Shown: piece by piece, positions 1-9,186 of the stretch | How positions within the stretch are numbered: position 1 is the stretch's first letter | Layout of the letters: the number at the start of each line of letters is the position of its first letter | DNA from: Planctomycetota bacterium | GTDB taxonomy: Bacteria > Planctomycetota > Phycisphaerae > UBA1845 | DNA length: 35,324 nucleotides | Assembly: GCA_030622435.1 (NCBI GenBank) | Contig: JAUXGE010000003.1 | Span: 1 to 35,324 of the forward strand | Direction: 5' to 3' | Made by a program: the position numbers and the translations under genes | Notes under the pieces: generated by a model | Database searches by the model: none | What the model saw: only the letters and a program-made list of their open reading frames with translations | Told to the model about the DNA's origin: nothing

Positions 1-60
1 ACCAACAGAAGAAGTGGCACCATCGATGGGTGCAGCTCATGTGGACATCAACCGCGTGTC

Positions 61-1620
61 CTACGGCTGACCTTCGAAGGTCACCTGGAACTGGGCTACG
101 TCGGCGAGATCCACGTCGCCGTCGTACTCGAAGTCGAAAACCTCGCAGCCTTCGAGATAAGGCCCGCTATTAGGTCCGGTCATGCAGGCTTCCCAGGTGG
201 CGAAGTCGTCCAGGTCTACATCCTCGTCGCACTGGTAGTCGCCGATGCCGAACTCGTACGCGCCCATGTCCACAGTGTCGCACAGAACGCGAACGTGGCC
301 GTCGAGGTCGGTTTCCGGCAGATTGGGGACGGCGTTCGAGCCGGTGTTGATGCAGGGTGAGCCGGGAAGCACATGCAAATCGTCGTCCTCGGTGCCGGGG
401 ACATCATCCTGCCCGTCGGCATCGGCGTAGAGAGGGTTGTGTTCGGGCAGCCCGCCAATGTTGCCCGCGCCGGACCAGCCGTCCTGGATACAACTATAAG
501 TGATGGTGGGCGAAGAGCCGGACTCGCTGAAGATTTGCGGTCCACTAAGCGCCGTGTTGCCCCACATGATGCAGTTGGTGATGACTGGATCACTGGTTTC
601 CGAGGGCGAGCCGGCGGCGTTGTACATCGCACCGCCGTCGTCAACAGCCGTGTTCCCGCTGAATGTGCAGTTCGTGACCGTCGGGCTGGCGGCGCCGTTG
701 AAGATCCCGCCGCCGGAAAGGGCGGAGTTTCCGCTGAAGACGCAGTTGACCATCGTGGGGTTACAGTCAACCCAGTTAAACACTCCGCCACCTAAGTCGG
801 CCTCATTCCCGATGAATCTGCAGTTCGTGACTATTGGGGCGCTGTCGGAGGCGTTCACCATCCCGCCGCCCAGGCTGTCCGTGCCGCTTGCCAGGTTTGC
901 GTGGAACGTGCAGTTTTCCAGCGTTGGGCTGCTGGCGGCGTTGTACACTGCGCCGCCCTGGGCGATTCGGGAATCCACTGAGTTCGCCGAGTTCCGGCTG
1001 AATGTGCAGTTGACCACGGAAGGATCACTGAACAGGTTCGCAATCCCTCCACCGCCAATACCCCAGTTGCCTCTGAAAGTGCAGTTTCGCACCGTCGGGC
1101 TGGACGCGTAGTTGAACATTCCACCGCCGGCGACGTGCAAGTCCACTCCGTCGGCCTTCCCTCCGGTAATCGTGAATCCGTCGAGAACGGCTGTGGCGTC
1201 AAGCAGGAGGTCCTCAGTATGGTAGAAGACATGAAAGCAGTTGTCGGAATCGTCGCCCTCTAGCCCGAGGTCGCCGCTGATGATCGTTTCGTACAGGAGC
1301 AGGTTCCGGTCGTTCGGGTTGGCAAGATTGGCCAGGCCGGCATACCCGCCCAAGAGTGTGACGCCATTGATGAGCTGGAAGGTTTCCGTGCGCGGAGTCT
1401 CGGGCTCGTACCGCTGGGACGGGTAGTAGGTTCCCGTGGCGACGCGAATCTCGTCGCCGCTCACTGCCACGGAAAGCGCATCCTGAATCGAGCAGAATGG
1501 GTCGCCGGCGCTGCCGGAGCCGGGTCCGGGGCAGTTGTCGACGTCGACGTACCACACGGCGGCCCGGACGGTCGTGGCAAGGACGACAAACGCCAAACAG
1601 ATTGTGGCGTAACGTATCAT
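61..1620 (-). CDS. Secreted right-handed parallel beta-helix (pectin-lyase-like) repeat protein with choice-of-anchor Q-like motif and C-terminal dockerin/EF-hand-like pair
   Basis: Signal peptide MIRYATICLAFVVLATTVRA-A; repeated NCTFxxNxAxxGGG(A/M)xN units; DLDGHVR...DMGAYE motif; C-terminal DxDVDLxD loop pair. ATG 1620 chosen for the upstream AAGAGGAAG; ORF is open to 1653. Confidence 0.8.
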   Translation of the reverse strand: MIRYATICLAFVVLATTVRAAVWYVDVDNCPGPGSGSAGDPFCSIQDALSVAVSGDEIRVATGTYYPSQRYEPETPRTETFQLINGVTLLGGYAGLANLANPNDRNLLLYETIISGDLGLEGDDSDNCFHVFYHTEDLLLDATAVLDGFTITGGKADGVDLHVAGGGMFNYASSPTVRNCTFRGNWGIGGGGIANLFSDPSVVNCTFSRNSANSVDSRIAQGGAVYNAASSPTLENCTFHANLASGTDSLGGGMVNASDSAPIVTNCRFIGNEADLGGGVFNWVDCNPTMVNCVFSGNSALSGGGIFNGAASPTVTNCTFSGNTAVDDGGAMYNAAGSPSETSDPVITNCIMWGNTALSGPQIFSESGSSPTITYSCIQDGWSGAGNIGGLPEHNPLYADADGQDDVPGTEDDDLHVLPGSPCINTGSNAVPNLPETDLDGHVRVLCDTVDMGAYEFGIGDYQCDEDVDLDDFATWEACMTGPNSGPYLEGCEVFDFEYDGDVDLADVAQFQVTFEGQP

Positions 1621-1874
1621 GGGCTTCTTCCTCTTATCCATCGTTTGTGTCACACGGCTCGGTAAGCCTCAGGCGTGCGAGCGCACACCCACACCGCGCC
1701 GCGTGAGCACACGGTATCAGCAACGGCACCCGCTGCGGTAGCTGCCTCCGCGCGCAGCGCCGTCGCGACCCTCCTTATGTGATTATACTGCCACGCTTCG
1801 CCTGATCGACGCAAATCCGAACTGCCGGACAGATACGTAGCCCGATAACCGCGCGTCACCCGGCCGTGGTGGCT

Positions 1875-1953
1875 GAAAAAGGGGCTGGCTCCGAGTTCAT
1901 GACCAATCAAGCCACCGATAAGCGTGCCCGGCGAGGTGCCTGTACCCTTTTTC
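1875..1953. repeat. Short REP-like inverted-repeat element
   Basis: GAAAAAGGGGCTGGCTCC (1875-1892) and GGTGCCTGTACCCTTTTTC (1935-1953) are imperfect inverted copies in an intergenic region. Confidence 0.6.
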
Positions 1954-2179
1954 CGTTCTTCGGCTCGCTCTCCGCCTGCGTAACGATCCGCCTTCTTCGC
2001 TGTGCTGTCGAGAGAGTCGCACGAAAGGGCGCCCGAAACTGCCGAAGGTAATCTGCGAATCCCGTACTGCCCTCCCCTGCCGACATGGTCTGTGGCTCTG
2101 TCTGCTCGGATCGCCCGTTGCCGGTGAATCGGTGAATCCCACCGGGTATGGCAGGGCTCGTGCGAAGAGGCGGATCGGA

Positions 2180-3328
2180 TTACTCCGGCTTCTTCCGAGT
2201 GGATCGGAGAAGCGCGTCGTACGTTTGTTCGATCTGGTCGAGCTGTACGAGCAGGGCGTCGTCGCGGCCGGTGTAGGCTCGCTTCGACCGGGCGAGTCCG
2301 ATGAACCACTTCACGGTGTTTTTGAAGTCGCTGAGATCGATGTATTCCGGGCCGAGCGTCTTGCGGCGCTTATTGACGTTGTGGTAGTTGCCCAGTGCGA
2401 CGCACATGCCCGTCGCCTCGTAGCCCAGCAGGCAGTAGGCCGACGACTCACACATTCCGCCGTCCATCAACGTTCGCCGATAAACGAACTTCTTGTCCTT
2501 GGCGGCCATGTCCTGAGCCACTCGATGACAGTGGGCTGTCACTGCCGGCGTGAACGTACTTGCGCGATCGCCCACGCGCAGGATCGGCCCGTCACCCATT
2601 TTCACGTGGGGAAGCTCCGTGCTCGTCTCCATGGCGACGACGTAGCACTTCGACGGAATGGTCTTGGCGCGCGCAGCGGCTATGGCGCCTGCGAAGCCGA
2701 CTTCTTCGGCGCGTGTAAACAGGAAGTAAGCGTCGCAGCTCGCCCGGCCGCGGTCCAGTTCTTCAATGGCGCACAGCATGGCCGCCGCGCCGGCGAGGTC
2801 GTCGCATGGGCGTGCGTAGATCCGCGAGCCGCGAACCTTCGGGTCCGGCAGGTCCCACATCCCGATCGAGCCCGGGGGTACGTCCTTTGGAACATCGATA
2901 ACGGCCGTCTCGACCCGTTCCCGTCCGGCCTTCTTCTTGGTTGTCACCGAGCAAACACGCCCGCGAACCCACTCACCATCCACGTAAAAGCGAACCTTGC
3001 TTCCGACGAAGTACTCCTTCGGCACGCCGCCCCACCAGTTAGCACGGAGGCTTCGCTTTGCGATCATCCGGTCGGCCACGAAGCCGGGGTGATCGAGATG
3101 GGCCGTGATGCACGCAGGGCGCTTCACTCGACGGCTGCCCTTGCGCACGCGCGCCAGCAGGTTCCCGACGCCGTCTAGACGCAGCGTCACATTCCTGCGC
3201 TGCGCGCAGAAGCCCTTGACGTAGTCAATGACGTAATGCTCGGCGAACGGCGCCGTAGGAAGCGAGAGCAGTTCGCGCAGGATCCGGCGGTGGGTGCGAC
3301 GTTGGATGCTCGGAGCCATGTTGCTCAT
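2180..3328 (-). CDS. M20/M28/M42-clan (MH clan) Zn-dependent metallopeptidase/hydrolase
   Basis: GNLLA, AHLDH, CDD, AEEVG, ME and YHN metal-ligand motifs in the expected order. Alternative start at 3319. Confidence 0.8.
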   Translation of the reverse strand: MSNMAPSIQRRTHRRILRELLSLPTAPFAEHYVIDYVKGFCAQRRNVTLRLDGVGNLLARVRKGSRRVKRPACITAHLDHPGFVADRMIAKRSLRANWWGGVPKEYFVGSKVRFYVDGEWVRGRVCSVTTKKKAGRERVETAVIDVPKDVPPGSIGMWDLPDPKVRGSRIYARPCDDLAGAAAMLCAIEELDRGRASCDAYFLFTRAEEVGFAGAIAAARAKTIPSKCYVVAMETSTELPHVKMGDGPILRVGDRASTFTPAVTAHCHRVAQDMAAKDKKFVYRRTLMDGGMCESSAYCLLGYEATGMCVALGNYHNVNKRRKTLGPEYIDLSDFKNTVKWFIGLARSKRAYTGRDDALLVQLDQIEQTYDALLRSTRKKPE

Positions 3329-3386
3329 CCTTACAGTTCAGTTCCTGGTTAACGACGCAGTAGCATAGCACAGACCAAACGAGGTG

Positions 3387-3418
3387 AAAAAGGGGGCGGG
3401 TCGATGCCGACCCGCCCC
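3387..3418 (-). terminator. Intrinsic terminator of the 3443-5728 gene
   Basis: 11-bp stem GGGGCGGGTCG/CGACCCGCCCC followed on the minus strand by CTTTTT. Confidence 0.7.
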
Positions 3419-3442
3419 AAGCTCGTCGTATCACTTTTTGAA

Positions 3443-5728
3443 CTACGGGCACACCGGCGGAGGACTCGGCGGCGGGAAGCCGGGACCGGGATACGTATCA
3501 CCCAGGAACGCACCGAGACAGTACGTCACGTCGGTGATGTTAATCGCCTGGTCGGGGATCCTGTGGTCACCGGCCGGTGAACCTTCGATGTCGGCGCGGA
3601 CCTTCTGCACGTTGCCCGGCAGGTTCTTCCACTTGTCCAGAATCGCTGTAACGTCCACGATGCCCGTGCTGCCGTCCGGCGGCGGGCACGGTGTCGTGTG
3701 GCAGTCCTGGACCAGGTCGGCCCAAGCGTTCTGCGTCAGCGTCAGCGCCGCCGAGTAGTTGGCCTCGATGTCCGGCGAGCATATTTCGTCGATCACTTGC
3801 ACGTCATACACACCAAGCGGGATGACGCCTTCGTCCCAAACGTGGACGATGTCGTACGTTGTCCAGTCGGTATAGTATGGATCGCATCCCAGGTCCGCCC
3901 CCCAGAACCACGCAGGGCTGATTCCGCCGGCAGACGCGCAGCCGTAGTCGGGCGGGAGATCGGGCGAAGGCGCCTCCTTCTGCATGGCGTTCTCGCAGTA
4001 ACGCCGGGGTTCCTGGACCCAGAGCCGAACGCCGGTCCAGTGCACATACGGCGCAGGCACGTTCTGGAACGTCACGCGGATCGCCTGTGGGCCGGTGTCA
4101 CCAGCGCTAAACGACAGATAGCGGACCTTCTGGCTGATCGGCGTATCAAGCAGCGGCAGCATCTCCGGCGCCGGGGCCGTCGACGGGGAGCAGACGCCGC
4201 AGGTGATCTCCAGGGTACCCTTACCCCACGACCAATACATAGCAAACAACGGGACGTATTCTCTGCCGGCGACGCGGATCAGGAAGCACTTGCCCTCTTG
4301 CTCTGCAAACAACTTAACGGTCGGGGTTCGCATCGGGCAAGGATCATCGGTGCAGGCGATCAGGTACGGCTCTAGCGACCCGCCTTGCGACGCACATTCG
4401 GACGGAAGCGGACAAACGGTCGTTCCGTTCGTGTAGATCGCCAGGACTGGAGCGAAGCTCGTATCGCAGATGTCGATGTCGATCCGCTTTTCGTCGCCGC
4501 ATGCATGGTACTCGAACCACTGGTCCGCAATAACAACCACGCTCCTCGGCGAGTCACCGCACGTCGGGTACCAGCACGGTTCATCCGCGCCCGAGCACAG
4601 GTTGTTAACATCGTGCTCGCCCTCGCCGATCACCTTCGGATTGATGCAATCTTCGCCCGGGATAGCGCTCGGCTCACCTGGGCAATCATCGCTGGCTGAC
4701 CCGAGGTCCTCACACGTAATGTCGGAGCACGAGGTCATGGGCGTGAACCACCCAGGAGGTGGCCAACCGCCCCACCACATAGCGTCGCCTGTGTCCCAGC
4801 AGCCCAAGCAGTCCTCCCACGGGACGCCGTCCTCACAGACCCCATCGCACGCGCAACACGCACCGGTCATCGGTGCGGGCACGCCCAAACCGCCGTCGAT
4901 GCAGAACGCCCAGTCGACCGGATTCATGTAGTGCTTGTACTGGACCAGGTCCTGGACGGTCCAGTCGAGTGTAGCGAAGTGATCGCTCCGAAACAGCGAC
5001 CAGCCGTTGCCCTCAAGGCTAAAGTGCACAAAGACACGGCACCCCGTACCGTCCGACGCAACTGGTAAACCGGCCGTCGAGAACTCGACCCAGTACCGAT
5101 CGCCGACAGCCAACCCGGTAATCGGCGGGTCGAAGAAGATCGCGTAGTCCCAGCAGTAAGAGTCGGGGCCTTGCCATTGCTTCGCGGCGATCTCGACGGG
5201 ACCCGGCGAGTTCGGCAGCTCCGCGCCCGGAAGCCCGTTGTTGTCCTCGTAGAACCGGATCTCCATCTGGATGTCCTCGGGCGGAGGTACTGTACCGTCA
5301 GGATCGGCGCAGCTGTCGAGGACCGGTCCGGGGCCGCTTAAGAAGCACGGCGAGAAGCAGAACTGCCCGATCTGCCCACTCTGCGCGATGAAGTCATCCG
5401 CGACCGCGTAGAAGCCGTAGTGCCGGTCTAACAACCACAATAATCTGTTCATCTCCGCCTGGCAGTTGTCGGGGTTGGACGCGGCCGGGCAAACCGTAGA
5501 TGGAACAGCCTCGAACGGGTCCGAGTCGCACGTGTCACCGAAATCGTTGCCGTCCCAGCACATGTAGTCGGACAGGCAGCACGCAAGCGCGGTTGACCGG
5601 CCGACGACGCCCGATTCACTTGAGCTGCCGTCCACCCAACCTGTTACGAGGTCTCGTGGGCTGTCCGCAGCCGACGCACCGGAGACACTGAGTAGCAGGG
5701 TAATCCAACCGACAGTAAGTCTGGACAT
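3443..5728 (-). CDS. Secreted Cys-rich multidomain protein with conserved ~240-aa C-terminal domain ending in a dockerin-like module
   Basis: Signal peptide from ATG 5728 (AAAGGAG upstream); VADDF-type domain, GACC Cys repeat, DQWFEY...IACTDD...LIRVAG domain; C-terminus paralogous to 6099-7064. Confidence 0.8.
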   Translation of the reverse strand: MSRLTVGWITLLLSVSGASAADSPRDLVTGWVDGSSSESGVVGRSTALACCLSDYMCWDGNDFGDTCDSDPFEAVPSTVCPAASNPDNCQAEMNRLLWLLDRHYGFYAVADDFIAQSGQIGQFCFSPCFLSGPGPVLDSCADPDGTVPPPEDIQMEIRFYEDNNGLPGAELPNSPGPVEIAAKQWQGPDSYCWDYAIFFDPPITGLAVGDRYWVEFSTAGLPVASDGTGCRVFVHFSLEGNGWSLFRSDHFATLDWTVQDLVQYKHYMNPVDWAFCIDGGLGVPAPMTGACCACDGVCEDGVPWEDCLGCWDTGDAMWWGGWPPPGWFTPMTSCSDITCEDLGSASDDCPGEPSAIPGEDCINPKVIGEGEHDVNNLCSGADEPCWYPTCGDSPRSVVVIADQWFEYHACGDEKRIDIDICDTSFAPVLAIYTNGTTVCPLPSECASQGGSLEPYLIACTDDPCPMRTPTVKLFAEQEGKCFLIRVAGREYVPLFAMYWSWGKGTLEITCGVCSPSTAPAPEMLPLLDTPISQKVRYLSFSAGDTGPQAIRVTFQNVPAPYVHWTGVRLWVQEPRRYCENAMQKEAPSPDLPPDYGCASAGGISPAWFWGADLGCDPYYTDWTTYDIVHVWDEGVIPLGVYDVQVIDEICSPDIEANYSAALTLTQNAWADLVQDCHTTPCPPPDGSTGIVDVTAILDKWKNLPGNVQKVRADIEGSPAGDHRIPDQAINITDVTYCLGAFLGDTYPGPGFPPPSPPPVCP

Positions 5729-5874
5729 GGTAAGACACTCCTTTCCGGAAAAGACCTGAACCGCGCCCTTAGACTCGTCGAGACACGCCGACTGCGGGCG
5801 GAAATGGCGGAACACAGCCGGGCGGACTCACCCGTGGGATAGGGCCACCTTTCCCTGCGTCCGGGAACGAGCGC

Positions 5875-5904
5875 ATTGTAGATCCCGAGCGAGCGCCTCG
5901 TCAA
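5875..5904 (-). promoter_or_regulatory. sigma70-type promoter for the 3443-5728 gene
   Basis: Minus strand TTGACG (5904-5899)-N18-TACAAT (5880-5875). Confidence 0.6.
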
Positions 5905-5914
5905 GGCAATACTT

Positions 5915-6011
5915 TAACAAAGCATTGAAGAAGGTGTGGCGTGGGCTTCCAGCTCACGTTTTCACCGGCTGGAAGCCGGTGCGAAAGAGAGCCTTTTCCA
6001 ACAGGCTGCTA
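5915..6011. mobile_element. MITE-like element with IS-type ends and internal REP-like doublet (same family as 26908-27011)
   Basis: Right end TTTTCCAACAGGCTGCTA, degenerate left end TAACAAAGCATTGAAGAA; core GTGGCGTGGGCTTCCAGC...CACCGGCTGGAAGCCGGTGC nearly identical to the core of the 26908-27011 copy. Confidence 0.7.
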
Positions 6012-6043
6012 AGCCTCGCGACTCAGGAGACCCTGGGAGCATC

Positions 6044-6081
6044 CGAGGTTGGGCGGGTCGATTTCGACCCGCCCAACCTCG
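6044..6081. repeat. Perfect 18-bp inverted repeat downstream of the 6099-7064 gene (no U-tract)
   Basis: CGAGGTTGGGCGGGTCGA-TT-TCGACCCGCCCAACCTCG; paralogous to the 3387-3418 terminator. Confidence 0.8.
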
Positions 6082-6098
6082 TCGCATTACTTGCCAGA

Positions 6099-7064
6099 CT
6101 ACGGGCACACCGGCGGATCGCTCGGTGCCGGGAAGCCGGGACCGGGATACGTATCGCCAAGGAACGCACCGAGACAGTACGTCACGTCGGTGATGTTGAT
6201 CTGCTGGTCCGGAAGCCGGTGGTCACCCCCCGGCGATCCTTCGATGTCCGCCCTCACCTTCTTCACGTTGCCAGGCAGGTTCTTGTACTTATCAAGCACC
6301 GCCGTCACGTCCACGATCCCCGTGTTGCCGTCCGGAGGCTTGCACGGAGTCGTCGTGCAGTCCTGGATGAGATCGGCCCAGACACTTTGCGTGAGCGTCA
6401 GCGCCGGCGAGTAGTTGCCCTCGATCGCAAGGGTGCACGTACCATCAATGACCTGAATGTCGTACTCGCCACCCGGCACGATGCCCTCGTGAAACACGTG
6501 GACCGAACCGGCCGATGCCCAATCGTACGCCTCGGGCGGCTCACAACCGAGCGTCGCGGCCAGGAAGTCCACTGATGCCAAACCCCCAACGGACGGTGGA
6601 CACGGATCCCCCTGTGCTACGCCACCGTTCTCGCAGTACACCTGCGGCGTCTGAACGAACATCTGCACGCCGTTCCACGTGTCGTACGGCGCCGGGAGAT
6701 CCACGAACGTCACCCTGACGAACCCGTTGCGCCCCACGTCCTGCGCTTCGAACGACAGGTACCGGATCTTCCGGCTGATCGGATCAAACGGCAGATCGAG
6801 CCGCTCCGGTTCGGCCGGTGACGACACGTAGCACGCTAGACCGAACGACCAGAAGCCCTCGGTCACGGTATAGTCTTCGCCTGCCATCGCGCCTGCGTCG
6901 GGCTGGCCGATGGTGCCGCCGGCCTCGTACGCGCCCCCGCTCGCGTTCATCACACCGCCGCCGTCGACGGTGTGCCACGTGACTTCGTATGTTTGTGCGG
7001 CCGCAGGCACACTGAGCGCCACTGCAGCCAGGGCCAAAATGACCATCGAAGTGCTGTTTCTCAT
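6099..7064 (-). CDS. Secreted protein: small N-terminal WxTVDGGG...GTIGQPDAG...GFW domain fused to the same C-terminal dockerin-like-ending domain as 3443-5728
   Basis: Signal peptide from ATG 7064 (AAGAGG upstream) ending AAA-Q; the last ~110 codons align without gaps to the paralog. Confidence 0.8.
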   Translation of the reverse strand: MRNSTSMVILALAAVALSVPAAAQTYEVTWHTVDGGGVMNASGGAYEAGGTIGQPDAGAMAGEDYTVTEGFWSFGLACYVSSPAEPERLDLPFDPISRKIRYLSFEAQDVGRNGFVRVTFVDLPAPYDTWNGVQMFVQTPQVYCENGGVAQGDPCPPSVGGLASVDFLAATLGCEPPEAYDWASAGSVHVFHEGIVPGGEYDIQVIDGTCTLAIEGNYSPALTLTQSVWADLIQDCTTTPCKPPDGNTGIVDVTAVLDKYKNLPGNVKKVRADIEGSPGGDHRLPDQQINITDVTYCLGAFLGDTYPGPGFPAPSDPPVCP

Positions 7065-7158
7065 AAGAAACCTCTTTTCCGCGAATAACTGATTCGCGAA
7101 CAATCTTGTGTCTGTCGGCTTCATGATTCAACTCCTGTCACACATGCCTCACGAAGCC

Positions 7159-9186
7159 TCAAGGTGCACACGCCCCGGTACCATCGCAGTAATCGTTCGG
7201 CCACACGCACTCGCCGTCTGGATCCTGCCCCGCCGGGATGTAAGAGCAAGTGCCCTCACTTCCAGCGAGGTCGCACCGCATGCAAAGTGCGCCGCAGCCC
7301 GAACTGCAACACACGTAGTCAACGCAGAAGCCGCTCATGCACTCGGCGGGGCCGCCGCACGACCAACCCGGACAACCCTCGTCAGTGTCACCGTCGCAGT
7401 CGTCGTCGAACCCGTTGCAGATCTCGATGTCGTTGCCCGACGTGTCGCTACAGATCAATGAACCACCCCCGCAGTAGTAAGTGCCCTCCGGGCAGAAGTC
7501 GGTGTCCGGCCCGTCACAGAGAGTGCCCACTACTGGATCCTCGTCCCCGTCGGCGGATGCAGGATCGCAGTCGTTGTCGACGCCGTCACATACATCGAGG
7601 TCGTCCCCTGTCATGTCGTTGCAGACCAAGGTTCCCCCCTGGCACGAGAAAGTCCCTTCCGCGCAGAGATCACTGTCCATTCCGTCACAGAGAGTGCCCA
7701 CCTGCGGGTCCTCGGAACCATCGGGCGAGGCGGGATCACAGTCGTTGTCTACGCCGTCACATACATCGAGATCGTCACCCGTCATGTCGCTGCACCACAC
7801 AGATCCGCCTTGGCACGAGGAAACACCTTCATGACAGAGATCACTGTCCATTCCGTCACAGGAAATGCCCACCTGCGGGTCCTCGTCCCCGTCGGCCGAG
7901 GCGGGGTCACAGTCGTTGTCCATGCCGTCGCAGAGGTCAACGGTACTGCCGGTGTTGTCACTACACGACAGATATCCACCTTGGCACAAGAAAGTCCCTT
8001 CTACACAGAAATCGCTGTCGGGTCCGTCACAGGGAACACCCGTTTGCGGGTCCTCGGACCCGTCGGGCGAGGAAGGATCACAGTCGTTGTCGACACCGTC
8101 ACAAACATCGAGGTCGTCACCTGTCATGTCGCTGCAGACCAAGGCCATCGATTGGCACACAAAAGTCCCTTCTACACAGAGATCGCTGTCCGGTCCGTCA
8201 CATGGCACGCCCGTTTGCGGGTCCTCGGAACCATCGGCCGAGGAAGGATCGCAGTCATTGTCGACACCGTCACAAACATCGAGATCACTGCCCGTCGCGT
8301 CACTGCATGTTTGCGCGCCTCCTTCGCAGGAGGCCGTGCCCTCCGGACAGAGATCACTGTCCGGTCCGTCACAGGGAGCGCCGTACCAGGCTTCATCGAA
8401 ACCGTCCGCCGTGCCGTCATCGCAGTCGTTGTCCACCCAGTCGCAGGCCTCGAACGCGGTCGGATAGACCAATTCGTTGTCATCCTGGCAGTCCGCCGGG
8501 TGTCCGTCCGTGTCGTACGGATTGCTCGCATCGCAATTGTCGTAGCCGTCCCCGTCCTGATCGGCGCAGTCACACTCATCGCCTGCGCCGTCGTGATCCG
8601 TGTCGATCTGCCAGGGGTTGAACTCGCTCGGGCAGTTGTCGCATGCATCGCCCTTTGCGTCGTTGTCACCGTCCTCCTGGCCGGCATTGGCAGTGAATGG
8701 ACAGTTGTCCCCCGCGTTCGGGACTCCGTCGCCGTCGAGATCGGCAAGCCCGGCCGGGGATACAGAGGCCGCGTGAAGCGAATAGGGGGCGGGTGTGATC
8801 TCTTGACGCGGGCTCAGGACGACAAAATCCACGTCGGCTGTGCACATGACGGCCATCTCGAGCCAGCGGGCGTCGCCTTGGAACGCGCCCACGTCGAAGT
8901 CGAGCAGCACGGTGAATCGGCCTTCGCTCACATCGACGGGCTCGGGGTTCTCGCCCGTGCCGTCGAAGACAATCGCGTCGCCGATCTGGCTTCCCGGATC
9001 GACGCTCGCAGGATCGTCCCAGAGGCTAAAGGCCATCACGCACACGTCCGTGACCGGACTGTCGGCCTGTTTGAGCTCCCCCTGGTACGTAAACGCCGTG
9101 CCCATCGCGTATGGCTGCCCTTGCGCAGTCAATGCAGGGGCCAACAAGACCACCGCGCCAATCCACCATTTGTTTCTACCATTCAT
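7159..9186 (-). CDS. Secreted Cys/Asp-rich repeat protein (N-terminal TAFTYQG domain, thrombospondin type-3-like repeats, MopE-like CDGxDNDCD repeats)
   Basis: Signal peptide; DxDGDGVxxxGDNCP and GDACDNCP TSP3-like motifs; six 57-aa repeats; ATGA overlap with the upstream gene. Confidence 0.85.
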   Translation of the reverse strand: MNGRNKWWIGAVVLLAPALTAQGQPYAMGTAFTYQGELKQADSPVTDVCVMAFSLWDDPASVDPGSQIGDAIVFDGTGENPEPVDVSEGRFTVLLDFDVGAFQGDARWLEMAVMCTADVDFVVLSPRQEITPAPYSLHAASVSPAGLADLDGDGVPNAGDNCPFTANAGQEDGDNDAKGDACDNCPSEFNPWQIDTDHDGAGDECDCADQDGDGYDNCDASNPYDTDGHPADCQDDNELVYPTAFEACDWVDNDCDDGTADGFDEAWYGAPCDGPDSDLCPEGTASCEGGAQTCSDATGSDLDVCDGVDNDCDPSSADGSEDPQTGVPCDGPDSDLCVEGTFVCQSMALVCSDMTGDDLDVCDGVDNDCDPSSPDGSEDPQTGVPCDGPDSDFCVEGTFLCQGGYLSCSDNTGSTVDLCDGMDNDCDPASADGDEDPQVGISCDGMDSDLCHEGVSSCQGGSVWCSDMTGDDLDVCDGVDNDCDPASPDGSEDPQVGTLCDGMDSDLCAEGTFSCQGGTLVCNDMTGDDLDVCDGVDNDCDPASADGDEDPVVGTLCDGPDTDFCPEGTYYCGGGSLICSDTSGNDIEICNGFDDDCDGDTDEGCPGWSCGGPAECMSGFCVDYVCCSSGCGALCMRCDLAGSEGTCSYIPAGQDPDGECVWPNDYCDGTGACAP
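7370..8376 (-). repeat. Intragenic tandem repeat, 171-bp (57-aa) unit, ~6 copies
   Basis: CCGTCACA anchors recur at 7511, 7682, 7853, 8024, 8195 and 8366 (171-bp period). Confidence 0.9.

Noticed and set aside
1650-2309. 219-aa ORF between the peptidase and beta-helix genes
   Set aside because: Overlaps the peptidase gene, reads through a REP-like element, and has Arg/Ala-rich non-protein-like composition.
7370-8376. Possible CRISPR array or DGR template/variable repeats
   Set aside because: The repeats are in-frame 171-bp coding units without unique spacers, differences are not adenine-specific, and no cas or reverse transcriptase gene is present.
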